Shown here: piece after piece, positions 1-7,801 of the stretch | Layout: each line of letters opens with the position of its first letter | How positions within the stretch are numbered: the stretch's first letter is position 1 | Assembly (NCBI GenBank): GCA_964513145.1 | Contig: CAZELK010000008.1 | Coordinates: forward strand, 1-16,874 | From: Candidatus Woesearchaeota archaeon | GTDB lineage: Archaea > Nanobdellota > Nanobdellia > SCGC-AAA011-G17 > JACPIM01 | Length of the DNA stretch: 16,874 nt | Direction: 5' to 3' | The notes under the pieces: generated by a model | Told to the model about the DNA's origin: nothing | The model's input: only the letters and a program-made list of their open reading frames with translations | Databases searched by the model: none | Position numbers and translations under genes: made by a program

Positions 1-78
1 AGACAGAAAGCTAAATTATCTTATTATAATTATCAGAGGATTGCACCAGAGCCGATTAAAAGAATATTTAAATATTAG
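1..78 (+). CDS. Probable 3' end of an upstream gene (partial)
   Basis: Frame 1 is open from base 1 (RQKAKLSYYNYQRIAPEPIKRIFKY) to TAG at 76-78. No family is recognisable. Confidence 0.35.
   Translation, partial: RQKAKLSYYNYQRIAPEPIKRIFKY
67..74 (+). promoter_or_regulatory. Candidate archaeal TATA box for the Nudix gene at 97
   Basis: TTTAAATA with an A-rich stretch upstream; begins 30 nt before the ATG. Confidence 0.45.
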
Positions 79-96
79 GATTATTTTTGTTAAACT

Positions 97-501
97 ATGA
101 ATTATGTCGGTATATTAATAGAAAAAAATGGAAAAATACTCTTTCAGTTAAGAGATAACAACCCAAATATTTTAAATCCGAATAAATGGGGTATTTTTGG
201 CGGAGGCATAAAAAATAATGAAATGCCTATTGATGCAATAATAAGAGAGCTAAAAGAAGAACTAGGGATTAAAGTCAAAAAAGAACAATTAAGATTATTG
301 GTGGTTTTTCCAGGATTTAAAAAAAGTAACTACATCTTCAAATTGAGACTTAATCTAGATATTCGTAAATTGAAACTTGAAGAAGGAGCTTCACTTGGTT
401 ATTTTAGTATTTTAGAAATGCTAAAAAAGAAAAATGTTGTAAGCTCTTTGCGTTTGCTCTTGTTGTTATATCCTTTACTATCTTTTATTAAAAGATATTA
501 A
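97..501 (+). CDS. Nudix hydrolase
   Basis: Nudix box GGIKNNEMPIDAIIRELKEELGI fits Gx5Ex7REUxEExGU; preceded by LQLRD...WGIFGG. Confidence 0.9.
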   Translation: MNYVGILIEKNGKILFQLRDNNPNILNPNKWGIFGGGIKNNEMPIDAIIRELKEELGIKVKKEQLRLLVVFPGFKKSNYIFKLRLNLDIRKLKLEEGASLGYFSILEMLKKKNVVSSLRLLLLLYPLLSFIKRY

Positions 502-551
502 TTCACACCTTGATAAGCAACTAATCCCCGGTTGTCAATTTCTTTTAAAAA

Positions 552-1232
552 TCACTTCAATAACTCACTATTTATGTCTTTTGAAATGCTTTTAACTAAT
601 CTTTTTTGTATTTTTAACTGCTCTAAAGCAATATCTCTAGAAATTTTAAGATTAAGAAGATTTGGATCAACTTTTTGTGTTACTTGCTGAAGAAATTTAA
701 TTGAATCAATAACGCCCCTCCCCGTTTGTGCTCCAAAAGAAAAAGGTCTAATAAATCCAGCAAAACCTAAATCAGCAATCATATCAGCGTCCTGCAAAAC
801 TTTTAGTTCTAATGTTTTGGAAGAATTTATTTTTTCTTCTAGTTCATGTTTTTCTATAAGTTCGCTTACTGCTATAATAAACTCTGATGAGTGTCCCATC
901 CCACTTAATATTTTTTTAGCAATAGGTAAGCCATAAATATTATGTTTGTCCCATTCATTTTGACCATTTGGTAATTTGTGATTGTTTGAAAAAACCAGAG
1001 ATAAATTAATGTAAGATTTCCCAACATCATGTAAAATAGCAGAGACAAGTATCAAAGAAACATTTACATTTTTGTGTAGTCGACGCATTATTTTCTTTGC
1101 AGTTTCGAATACTTTTAAAGTATAATAAGTTTCGTCACAAGCCCCATAATTAAAATATTTTGATTGAACAAATTGTTCTTTTACTTTATTGTAAATTGCT
1201 TTATAATCAGGATTTATATCTATGGCATTCAT
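552..1232 (-). CDS. HD-domain protein (putative metal-dependent phosphohydrolase)
   Basis: AILHDVGK (H68-D69), later KH and EKH histidines, and LQDAD. The first canonical His appears to be Tyr (YTLKV). Confidence 0.85.
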   Translation of the reverse strand: MNAIDINPDYKAIYNKVKEQFVQSKYFNYGACDETYYTLKVFETAKKIMRRLHKNVNVSLILVSAILHDVGKSYINLSLVFSNNHKLPNGQNEWDKHNIYGLPIAKKILSGMGHSSEFIIAVSELIEKHELEEKINSSKTLELKVLQDADMIADLGFAGFIRPFSFGAQTGRGVIDSIKFLQQVTQKVDPNLLNLKISRDIALEQLKIQKRLVKSISKDINSELLK

Positions 1233-1255
1233 ATTAGAGAAGATAGTTCTATTCT

Positions 1256-1263
1256 TTTTAATA
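1256..1263 (-). promoter_or_regulatory. Candidate TATA box for the HD gene
   Basis: TATTAAAA on the minus strand, 31 nt before the ATG at 1232. Confidence 0.35.
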
Positions 1264-1378
1264 TTATGGGGTGTTCAAGAAGTAGAAGACTTTTTGAAAC
1301 AGGGGATAATTTCTTATATATTAAGAAGGGGGTTTCAAGAAGGACTTGATGATGTTCCAATTTTTGTTATAGAAGGGC

Positions 1379-1386
1379 TTATAAAA
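1379..1386 (+). promoter_or_regulatory. Candidate BRE/TATA for the Nudix gene at 1410
   Basis: AGAAGGGC followed by TTATAAAA, 31 nt before the ATG. Confidence 0.5.
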
Positions 1387-1409
1387 TAAAGTTAGTTGGA
1401 TTTGTTAAT

Positions 1410-1847
1410 ATGAAGAAAGTACTATCATTTGTGTTTTCTAAAGGAAAATTTTTAGCTTTGCATAGCGAACCACATCCCAAACATGGAGACTGTGGTTGGT
1501 TTATTGTTACTGGTGAAGTTGAATCTGGAGAATCTCTTGATAATGCTGTGAGGCGCGAAATAAAAGAAGAAACAGGGCTTGATTCTTCTGAAATATTATC
1601 ACTTAACTGGGGTTCAATTTATGAGTGGTGTAATGAAATATGTGAAGAAATGAATTTCATTACCTTCGTCAAACCTGGAAAAATTAAATTAAATGAAGAG
1701 CATAATAAATACGAATGGATGAATTTGGATAATTTTGTCGAAAGAATAAAATGGGATGATGACAAAAATTTATTAAAAAAAGTATTAACAAAAGCGCTAA
1801 ATAAAAAACTACATTTCTTAAAAAAGGAGATTAAGAACTATATATAA
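1410..1847 (+). CDS. Nudix hydrolase
   Basis: Nudix box GEVESGESLDNAVRREIKEETGL; C-terminal LNEEHNKYEW motif typical of Nudix enzymes. Confidence 0.92.
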   Translation: MKKVLSFVFSKGKFLALHSEPHPKHGDCGWFIVTGEVESGESLDNAVRREIKEETGLDSSEILSLNWGSIYEWCNEICEEMNFITFVKPGKIKLNEEHNKYEWMNLDNFVERIKWDDDKNLLKKVLTKALNKKLHFLKKEIKNYI

Positions 1848-1930
1848 CGTTTAGGTTATTTTTGTTAAATTAAAGTTACCTAAATTAGGTGTAAAAAAGA
1901 ATACTCTGCCAATAATAAGCCAAAGAAAAA

Positions 1931-2152
1931 ATGAAATTAACAAAGCATGTTAGGTTTAGAAAAGAAAATGAGTATATTTTATTATGTAAAGTAGATACTT
2001 TGCAGTATTTTAGAATAGACAATAAGTTTTTAAATTTTTTAGAACAATTAAAATTAGATTATAACACTATAAATTTTAATGGATTAGACAAAAAAGAAGT
2101 TGATTTGTTCATGGAAGATTTAAAAGAAATGGATGTTTTAGAAAATGAATAA
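1931..2152 (+). CDS. Small PqqD/RRE-like winged-helix protein (73 aa)
   Basis: Three short beta-like segments (VRFRKE, YILLC, QYFRID) followed by helices ending EVDLFMEDLKEMDVLE, resembling the PqqD pattern by eye. Overlaps the next gene by 8 nt. Confidence 0.6.
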   Translation: MKLTKHVRFRKENEYILLCKVDTLQYFRIDNKFLNFLEQLKLDYNTINFNGLDKKEVDLFMEDLKEMDVLENE

Positions 2153-3077
2153 ATATTTAGTTACATATGCACCCCTTTTTTATAAAAAAATTATCGATGA
2201 ATTAGGGACTAACAATCATAAAGAGTTATCTAAAGGGTTATTACTTTTAGAAGCTAATAAAACGCCTAAATTAGCTTTATCTCATGAGATATATAAAATT
2301 GAAGCTATTGAAAAAATAGACGTTAAAGGAATTATATTTGCTATAAAAAAATTGCTAAGTGAAAAAGAATCTTTCATGATAAAGTGTATAATTTATGGTG
2401 ATGAGAAGTTTAATGTAAACACTTTAAACATAAAAAGTAGGGATATAGAAGTGCAGGTTGGCATTCAATTGGAAAAAGAAGGATTTCTTGTTGATAGAAA
2501 AAACCCAAAAAGCATAATATTGGTTAACATTGCTAATAATAATGCCTTTATAACAAAAAGCCAATATAAAAGAGAGGGTTTTAATTACGAAGATAGGTTA
2601 AATAGATCGCAACTAAAGTTAAGAGAAGCACTGCATTATTTTAATGTTGACTTAAAGAAAACAAGGAATGCCTTGGATATTGGTGCGGCTCCAGGTGGAT
2701 TTAGTAAAGAACTAAGTAAATATAAAATAAAAGTAACTGCTGTTGATCCAGCTGATTTAGACTCTTCTTTAAAAAATGATAAAAATATCACTCATCTAAA
2801 AATAAGGGCTGAAGACTTTAAGCCAAAAGAAGAATTTGATTTATTAGTCAATGATATGAATTTACATCCTAATGATTCTGCTAAAGTAGTGCTTGGATTA
2901 TGCAAATTCTTAAAAAGTAATGCGGTTTGCATCGTAACAATTAAATGTCCTACTAAAAATGTTTTCTATTATATGGATAATATAGAAAATCTTCTAAAAA
3001 AGTGCTTTAGAGAATTTGAATTTAAACATTTGCTCCATAATAAGATGGAAATTACTATGAAAGCCATTAAAATTTAA
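2145..3077 (+). CDS. THUMP + FtsJ/RrmJ-type SAM-dependent RNA 2'-O-methyltransferase (RlmM-like)
   Basis: THUMP-like segment (SRDIEVQVG...VDRKNPKSIILVNI), NRSQLKLREA, ALDIGAAPGG, VTAVD; K-D-K-E tetrad candidates in LKL, VND, TIK, MEI. Confidence 0.85.
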   Translation: MNKYLVTYAPLFYKKIIDELGTNNHKELSKGLLLLEANKTPKLALSHEIYKIEAIEKIDVKGIIFAIKKLLSEKESFMIKCIIYGDEKFNVNTLNIKSRDIEVQVGIQLEKEGFLVDRKNPKSIILVNIANNNAFITKSQYKREGFNYEDRLNRSQLKLREALHYFNVDLKKTRNALDIGAAPGGFSKELSKYKIKVTAVDPADLDSSLKNDKNITHLKIRAEDFKPKEEFDLLVNDMNLHPNDSAKVVLGLCKFLKSNAVCIVTIKCPTKNVFYYMDNIENLLKKCFREFEFKHLLHNKMEITMKAIKI

Positions 3078-3187
3078 TTTATATTAAGACCACCTGAAGA
3101 GTTTGAACAGGAGGTATTAAATAGAAGTAGTGTTCGTTAACTTAGAATCTAAAAATAGGGGTTCACTCCAGAGGTATTTAATTTAGA

Positions 3188-3817
3188 ATGTTCGCTCAAA
3201 AAAATAATTTTGTTATAAAATATGAAAAAGAAGATAATGCTTTTATTGATTCTTTGAATTTAAAAGAAGTATACAAAAGAGTACAGGATTTTTTTGAGTT
3301 TAATATAATTTTGAATATTAAAATATGTTTTTTATATTCTGTTAATGAGTTTAATTTCTTTTCAAGAGACAAATTTGAAGAATGGAAATGCTGTTTCTGT
3401 GGATCAAATAATACTATATTTATATTTTCCCCAAGCATTATTGAAAATTTAACTATACACAAAAGATCAGAATTTAATCAACTTCTAACGCATGAGTTAT
3501 CACATATCTTTTATGGAAATATGCATTTCCCAAGACTTGGTTTATTTGATGAAGGAATTGCTACTTACTTGTCTTTTTATAATAGAAATAAAAATATAAA
3601 AAATAAAATAACAATAACTGAGAATACATTAATAAAAGAATATCCCAAACAAAGAGAAATATATAATTTGGGATTTAAAGTTGTAAATGAAATTTTAGAG
3701 AAATATAACAAATTAAAATTATTTGAATTCCTAAAGAGAGTTCAAGAGTCTGACTCTGAAGATAAAATAAAAGAATCTTTTAAAGAAGTTATTGGAATAC
3801 CTATAACTAAAATTTAA
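3188..3817 (+). CDS. Putative zinc metallopeptidase (HExxH, gluzincin / peptidase MA-like)
   Basis: LTHELSH followed by LFDEGIATYL, providing the third-ligand Glu. No evident signal peptide. Confidence 0.75.
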   Translation: MFAQKNNFVIKYEKEDNAFIDSLNLKEVYKRVQDFFEFNIILNIKICFLYSVNEFNFFSRDKFEEWKCCFCGSNNTIFIFSPSIIENLTIHKRSEFNQLLTHELSHIFYGNMHFPRLGLFDEGIATYLSFYNRNKNIKNKITITENTLIKEYPKQREIYNLGFKVVNEILEKYNKLKLFEFLKRVQESDSEDKIKESFKEVIGIPITKI

Positions 3818-4017
3818 ATAGTAAACCTCCAGATATTATACCAAAGTTTACTGAATATGATTTTATAAAAGAAACTTATAGAGAATCTGATTTAAGATTA
3901 CTTAAGTACACTTTCTAATTGAGTTAAGTATTTATGTAAAAGTTTGATTTTCTTGCTAATTTAGGAAAATTATACTAAAAAGTTTAATTATGCACCAACC
4001 CCCCAGTTCTAGAAAAC

Positions 4018-4025
4018 TTTAAAAA
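4018..4025 (+). promoter_or_regulatory. Candidate BRE/TATA for the glycosylation operon starting at 4048
   Basis: AGAAAAC followed by TTTAAAAA, 30 nt before the ATG. Confidence 0.5.
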
Positions 4026-4047
4026 AACACCATATTTAAGCCTTGAG

Positions 4048-5556
4048 ATGGATAATCCAGTTAAGTCTAAAAGAATAAAATATATATTAATTTTTAGTAG
4101 CTTGCTCTTGTTTATATACTTAATTATGAGGCTAATAAATCAGGCAAAGATAATACAATATTTTCCATTAGACATAACGAATGATATTAGTTCCCATATT
4201 GCCCAATTATATTTTTTAAAATCCTGCGGATTTCATAATTTATGTTCTTATTGGTATAATGGATTTTATTTGTTAAAATTCTATCCACCGGGCTGGTTTT
4301 TCTTCACATATCCGCTATTATTGTTGTTCAAAAAACCAGAAATTGCAACATATTTATCTATAATAGTAATGTTGATAATTAGTTTCATAGCTATTCACAA
4401 AATTATTAATCTAAAAGAAAAGTCATGGCTAAAGTCATTTGCATTTTTTGTTTTTTTATTTGGAACAGCAGCATCTGTTAGTAGTTTTTTCAGGCTGGGC
4501 AGGGTAACAGAACTATTTGGCTGGATGATATTCTTAATTCTGTCTTTTTTTATTCTAAAATATAAGGATAAAAATCTTGATTGGAAATTTGTTTTATTTA
4601 TTCCATTTTATGCAATCTTGTTAATAGCGCAGCCAATTGTTGCCATACCATTTCATTTCTTCTTGCTGTCATTATTATTAATAAAACTAAAAAATAAAAA
4701 AGCGCTGTTTATCTTAATCGGGTCAATAATATTCGGCATAATTCTGTCTTCTTTTTGGTGGTATCAATTTGTTAATAATTTAGATTCTGAAAGCAGGACT
4801 TATAGTTATTTGCCAGAAATTACAATCAGGTTTTTCGATTTCAATGGTCAGTGGGCATCTTCTGCTTTTTTAATAACAATTTTACCTGTTTTAACATTAA
4901 TTATGTTTTATATTTTTTATATTTCTAATGATAAAAATAAAAAAGAATTATTTTTCTACAGCCCAATATTGCTAATTTCAATATTAGTTCTAACAAGAGC
5001 AGTTACGCTTATCCCATATATTAATTTCGTTTATCCAGAACCTTATTTTACATTTTTTACAATATTTATTTTATTATTTTTATTTAATACAAATCTGAAC
5101 AATTTGCCAGGTAAATTATCAAATTTAATTCTTATATCAATAATTATAATCCCAATAATATCAATTATATTGTCAGCAACAATAACAAGTTATTATCAGG
5201 ACCATACTGGGCTGGAAAAAAATACATTAAGTTTGTTAAAAGAAGCTAAAGGTCCTTTTATGATATTAGAAAGCCAGTCTTCAACATCATACCCAAAAGC
5301 ATACTATGCTTATGCTTCTATTTATTTAAATTTAAGCACACCTAGTGGCTGGTCCCCTTCAGAATTAAAAGAAGAAGATCAAAAACTGTTAAATGAACTA
5401 GGTGTTCAATTTAAAAATAAAGAATGCGATAATTTCTTAAACACTGCTTTAAAAATAAATTTAAAAGAAGTCATAACATATAATGAATATTGTAATTTAA
5501 AATGCAATTTCAAGGAAAAGATAATTAAGGAAAATGTTTGTTTATTAAGACTATGA
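4048..5556 (+). CDS. Multi-pass membrane protein, GT-C-type glycosyltransferase-like (PTPS-related membrane family)
   Basis: About 10 or more hydrophobic segments; first loop DISSH...WYNGFYLLKFYPPG; soluble C-terminal domain. Confidence 0.75.
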   Translation: MDNPVKSKRIKYILIFSSLLLFIYLIMRLINQAKIIQYFPLDITNDISSHIAQLYFLKSCGFHNLCSYWYNGFYLLKFYPPGWFFFTYPLLLLFKKPEIATYLSIIVMLIISFIAIHKIINLKEKSWLKSFAFFVFLFGTAASVSSFFRLGRVTELFGWMIFLILSFFILKYKDKNLDWKFVLFIPFYAILLIAQPIVAIPFHFFLLSLLLIKLKNKKALFILIGSIIFGIILSSFWWYQFVNNLDSESRTYSYLPEITIRFFDFNGQWASSAFLITILPVLTLIMFYIFYISNDKNKKELFFYSPILLISILVLTRAVTLIPYINFVYPEPYFTFFTIFILLFLFNTNLNNLPGKLSNLILISIIIIPIISIILSATITSYYQDHTGLEKNTLSLLKEAKGPFMILESQSSTSYPKAYYAYASIYLNLSTPSGWSPSELKEEDQKLLNELGVQFKNKECDNFLNTALKINLKEVITYNEYCNLKCNFKEKIIKENVCLLRL

Positions 5557-7175
5557 TAAAAAAGATATTTATTGAAGACAGGAATGATGAAAGAACCAAC
5601 ATATTAAGGCATTTTTTAAATCTGGAGAAGATCCCCTATTATTATATTAAGGAAGCTGAAATAAAAGATTTTGAAACATCTTTATTCTTGTTTACTTCTG
5701 AAATAAGCATAAAAGCAAATCACAAAATTATATTCAACCCAGAATTATTAAAAAGGCCTTTAAAAGTCAATCAATTGGAAAGATTAAAATTAAAAGTTTC
5801 TATAGATAATGTTACAGAAACATTAAATCATTTCAATTTAAATGATGATATTGACTTGCCAAATGTTCCAATATACAAAGAAATAGATAGTTATGCTGGC
5901 GAGACATTATTTAATATAACTGTTGATAAAACGCAGTATCCAGCTGTTACAATGGATAAAAATACAATATATTTCTTTTTTGATATATTAATTTTGTTTA
6001 ATGAACTTATTTCAGAAACTTATTTTGAAAAAGACATAGAGTCAAATATTTTATCTAATAAATTACTAGACAGAATATACAAATTAATACCATATGATTT
6101 AAGATTGAAGATTTATAAAAGATATTATTCCAAAGTGCACAAAGAACTTGAAAAGTCTGCTGAATTTACAACAAAATTTCCAGTTGATCCTACTGTCTTT
6201 GCATTGTTAGAATTAATTAAATATTCAATTTTGCTCCAAACTGATCTGGCAACTATAAACAAGTGGCCTGGAGCTTATAATTACGCAACTTTAATCACTC
6301 ATGACACAGAGCCGACAATATTTAGCTATACAAAAGGCCTAAAATTGCTGCTTGACAAACTTGATGAATATAATTTAAAATCAACAATAACTTTAGTAGG
6401 AAGCTATGTAAAATATATAAGTCCAGAAGATATTGAAAGATTAAAAAAACACTACATTGGATGTCATGGCTTATATCATGACAGAACATTCTTGCAAGTG
6501 CCAAATTACGAAAAAAAACTAAGATTAGAAAAAGCAAAAGAGATTATTGAAAATACTTTTAATACAGAAATATTATTTTTTAGAGCCCCGACATTACAGA
6601 GGCCAGCCAATTTATTTGAACTTCTTGAAGAGAAAAATTATAAATATGATTCATCAATTATCGATGTTCAAAGAGAACAGCCTTATTGTGGCAAAGGCAA
6701 TTCATTTTATTTGCCATTTTATCCGTTGATTAACAATAAAAGGTCGCAGATATTGGAGCTTAATATAACTGCTCCAGACTGCATATCTCCGTATTTTTTC
6801 GGTTATAGTATGCCAGAAACTTTAGATTTTTTTTCACAAAAAATAAAATTTATTGAAAAAGTAAACGGGCTTTGCACATTCATAATTCACACACCTGCCT
6901 GGGGTCCAAAAGACGCTGAAAACAGGCTTATGCTATTGGATCATGTAATTAAAAATACCAGGAATTCATGGGTAGCTACTGTAAAAGAAATTGTAAAATG
7001 GTGGGAAGCAAGAAGCAACTTGTTTTTAGAATTTAAAGACAATAAATTGCATTTAATAAATAAAAATAATTTTGAAATCAGCAATATAAAAATTAAGCTT
7101 GAAAACAGAAATAATCAGTCAAAAGACTTTCTAATAAAGAATATACTTCCAAACCAAAGAATAGTTGTAAAATGA
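5553..7175 (+). CDS. Polysaccharide deacetylase (NodB/CE4-like) with long N-terminal extension
   Basis: LITHDTE, GCHGLYH, FRAP and YDSS motifs. Start moved from TTG 5538 to ATG 5553, which overlaps the upstream TGA (ATGA). Confidence 0.82.
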   Translation: MIKKIFIEDRNDERTNILRHFLNLEKIPYYYIKEAEIKDFETSLFLFTSEISIKANHKIIFNPELLKRPLKVNQLERLKLKVSIDNVTETLNHFNLNDDIDLPNVPIYKEIDSYAGETLFNITVDKTQYPAVTMDKNTIYFFFDILILFNELISETYFEKDIESNILSNKLLDRIYKLIPYDLRLKIYKRYYSKVHKELEKSAEFTTKFPVDPTVFALLELIKYSILLQTDLATINKWPGAYNYATLITHDTEPTIFSYTKGLKLLLDKLDEYNLKSTITLVGSYVKYISPEDIERLKKHYIGCHGLYHDRTFLQVPNYEKKLRLEKAKEIIENTFNTEILFFRAPTLQRPANLFELLEEKNYKYDSSIIDVQREQPYCGKGNSFYLPFYPLINNKRSQILELNITAPDCISPYFFGYSMPETLDFFSQKIKFIEKVNGLCTFIIHTPAWGPKDAENRLMLLDHVIKNTRNSWVATVKEIVKWWEARSNLFLEFKDNKLHLINKNNFEISNIKIKLENRNNQSKDFLIKNILPNQRIVVK

Positions 7176-7801
7176 ATGATAATTATAAAGAAAATGTAAA
7201 AAACAGATTTAATGAATTAGCGCCATCTTATTCTAACAATGCTGTTAATTTCATTAAAAATAAAAGGTTAAGGCTTATTAAAAAATATATAAACAAAACA
7301 GATAAAATTTTAGAAATTGGCTGTGGCTCTGGAAACCTTTTAAAAAATATAGCTTGTGAAAATATAACTGGTCTTGATATTAGTAATAAAATGATAGATG
7401 AATGCAAAAAAATATGCCCAAATGGTAATTTTATTGTTGGTGATGCAGAAAATCTGCCATTTAAAAACAATTCATTTGACAAAGTAATAATTAGTGAGGT
7501 TTTATATTATCTGCCTGATTTAAACAAAGCAATCAAAGAAGCATTTAGAGTCTTAAAAAAAGATGGTTTATTGTTAATTACTTCGTTAAATAAAAAATAT
7601 AATCTTGTTAAAATAATAGTAAAATTGTTTCATATAGGAGTTCATGATAATATATCAAAATCCTATATTTCTTTAAATAATTTAAAAAGCATTATGGAGA
7701 AAGATTTTAAAATAGAAGAAATTGCTTCCATACCAATAAAGTTCATACCAGCGAATTATTCATTAATCTTTTTCATAACAGCAAGGAAAAATGAAAAATA
7801 A
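7172..7801 (+). CDS. Class I SAM-dependent methyltransferase
   Basis: ILEIGCGSG, GLDIS, GDAENLPF, FDKV, RVLKKDG; ATGA-coupled to the deacetylase. Confidence 0.9.
   Translation: MNDNYKENVKNRFNELAPSYSNNAVNFIKNKRLRLIKKYINKTDKILEIGCGSGNLLKNIACENITGLDISNKMIDECKKICPNGNFIVGDAENLPFKNNSFDKVIISEVLYYLPDLNKAIKEAFRVLKKDGLLLITSLNKKYNLVKIIVKLFHIGVHDNISKSYISLNNLKSIMEKDFKIEEIASIPIKFIPANYSLIFFITARKNEK

Noticed and set aside
498-551. 17 open codons in frame after the HD gene TGA, suggesting read-through or recoding
   Set aside because: Expected by chance at this length. Several genes here use TGA as a coupled stop (ATGA), supporting the standard code.
1164-1349. 61-aa plus-strand ORF from the track
   Set aside because: Overlaps the HD gene head-to-head, has no recognisable motif, and crosses a divergent promoter region.
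1222-1389. 55-aa plus-strand ORF (MAFILEKIVLFFLILWGVQEVEDF...) with an N-terminal hydrophobic stretch
   Set aside because: Its start overlaps the HD start on the opposite strand and it runs through the TATA box of the next gene. No homology support; cannot be fully excluded.
1848-1934. Possible RiPP precursor upstream of the PqqD-like gene
   Set aside because: Only short start-less frames are present (e.g. IRCKKEYSANNKPKKK*).
3078-3187. In-frame peptide after the methyltransferase stop, AGGAGGT motif, and repeated GAGGTATT
   Set aside because: No suitable start codon after the SD-like motif; the repeat is too short to interpret.
3196-3462. Minus-strand ORF inside the peptidase gene
   Set aside because: Antisense shadow of a better-supported gene.
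3068-3817. TAAAATTTAA at the ends of both the methyltransferase and peptidase genes
   Set aside because: A 10-bp all-A/T match, expected by chance.
3818-4010. Short ORFs in the 230-bp spacer (e.g. 20-aa MIFIKETYRES...)
   Set aside because: No motif, paralogue or coupling evidence.
6322-7482. ORFs 6322-6537(-), 6547-6729(+) and 7228-7482(-)
   Set aside because: Shadow or alternate-frame ORFs within the deacetylase and methyltransferase genes.
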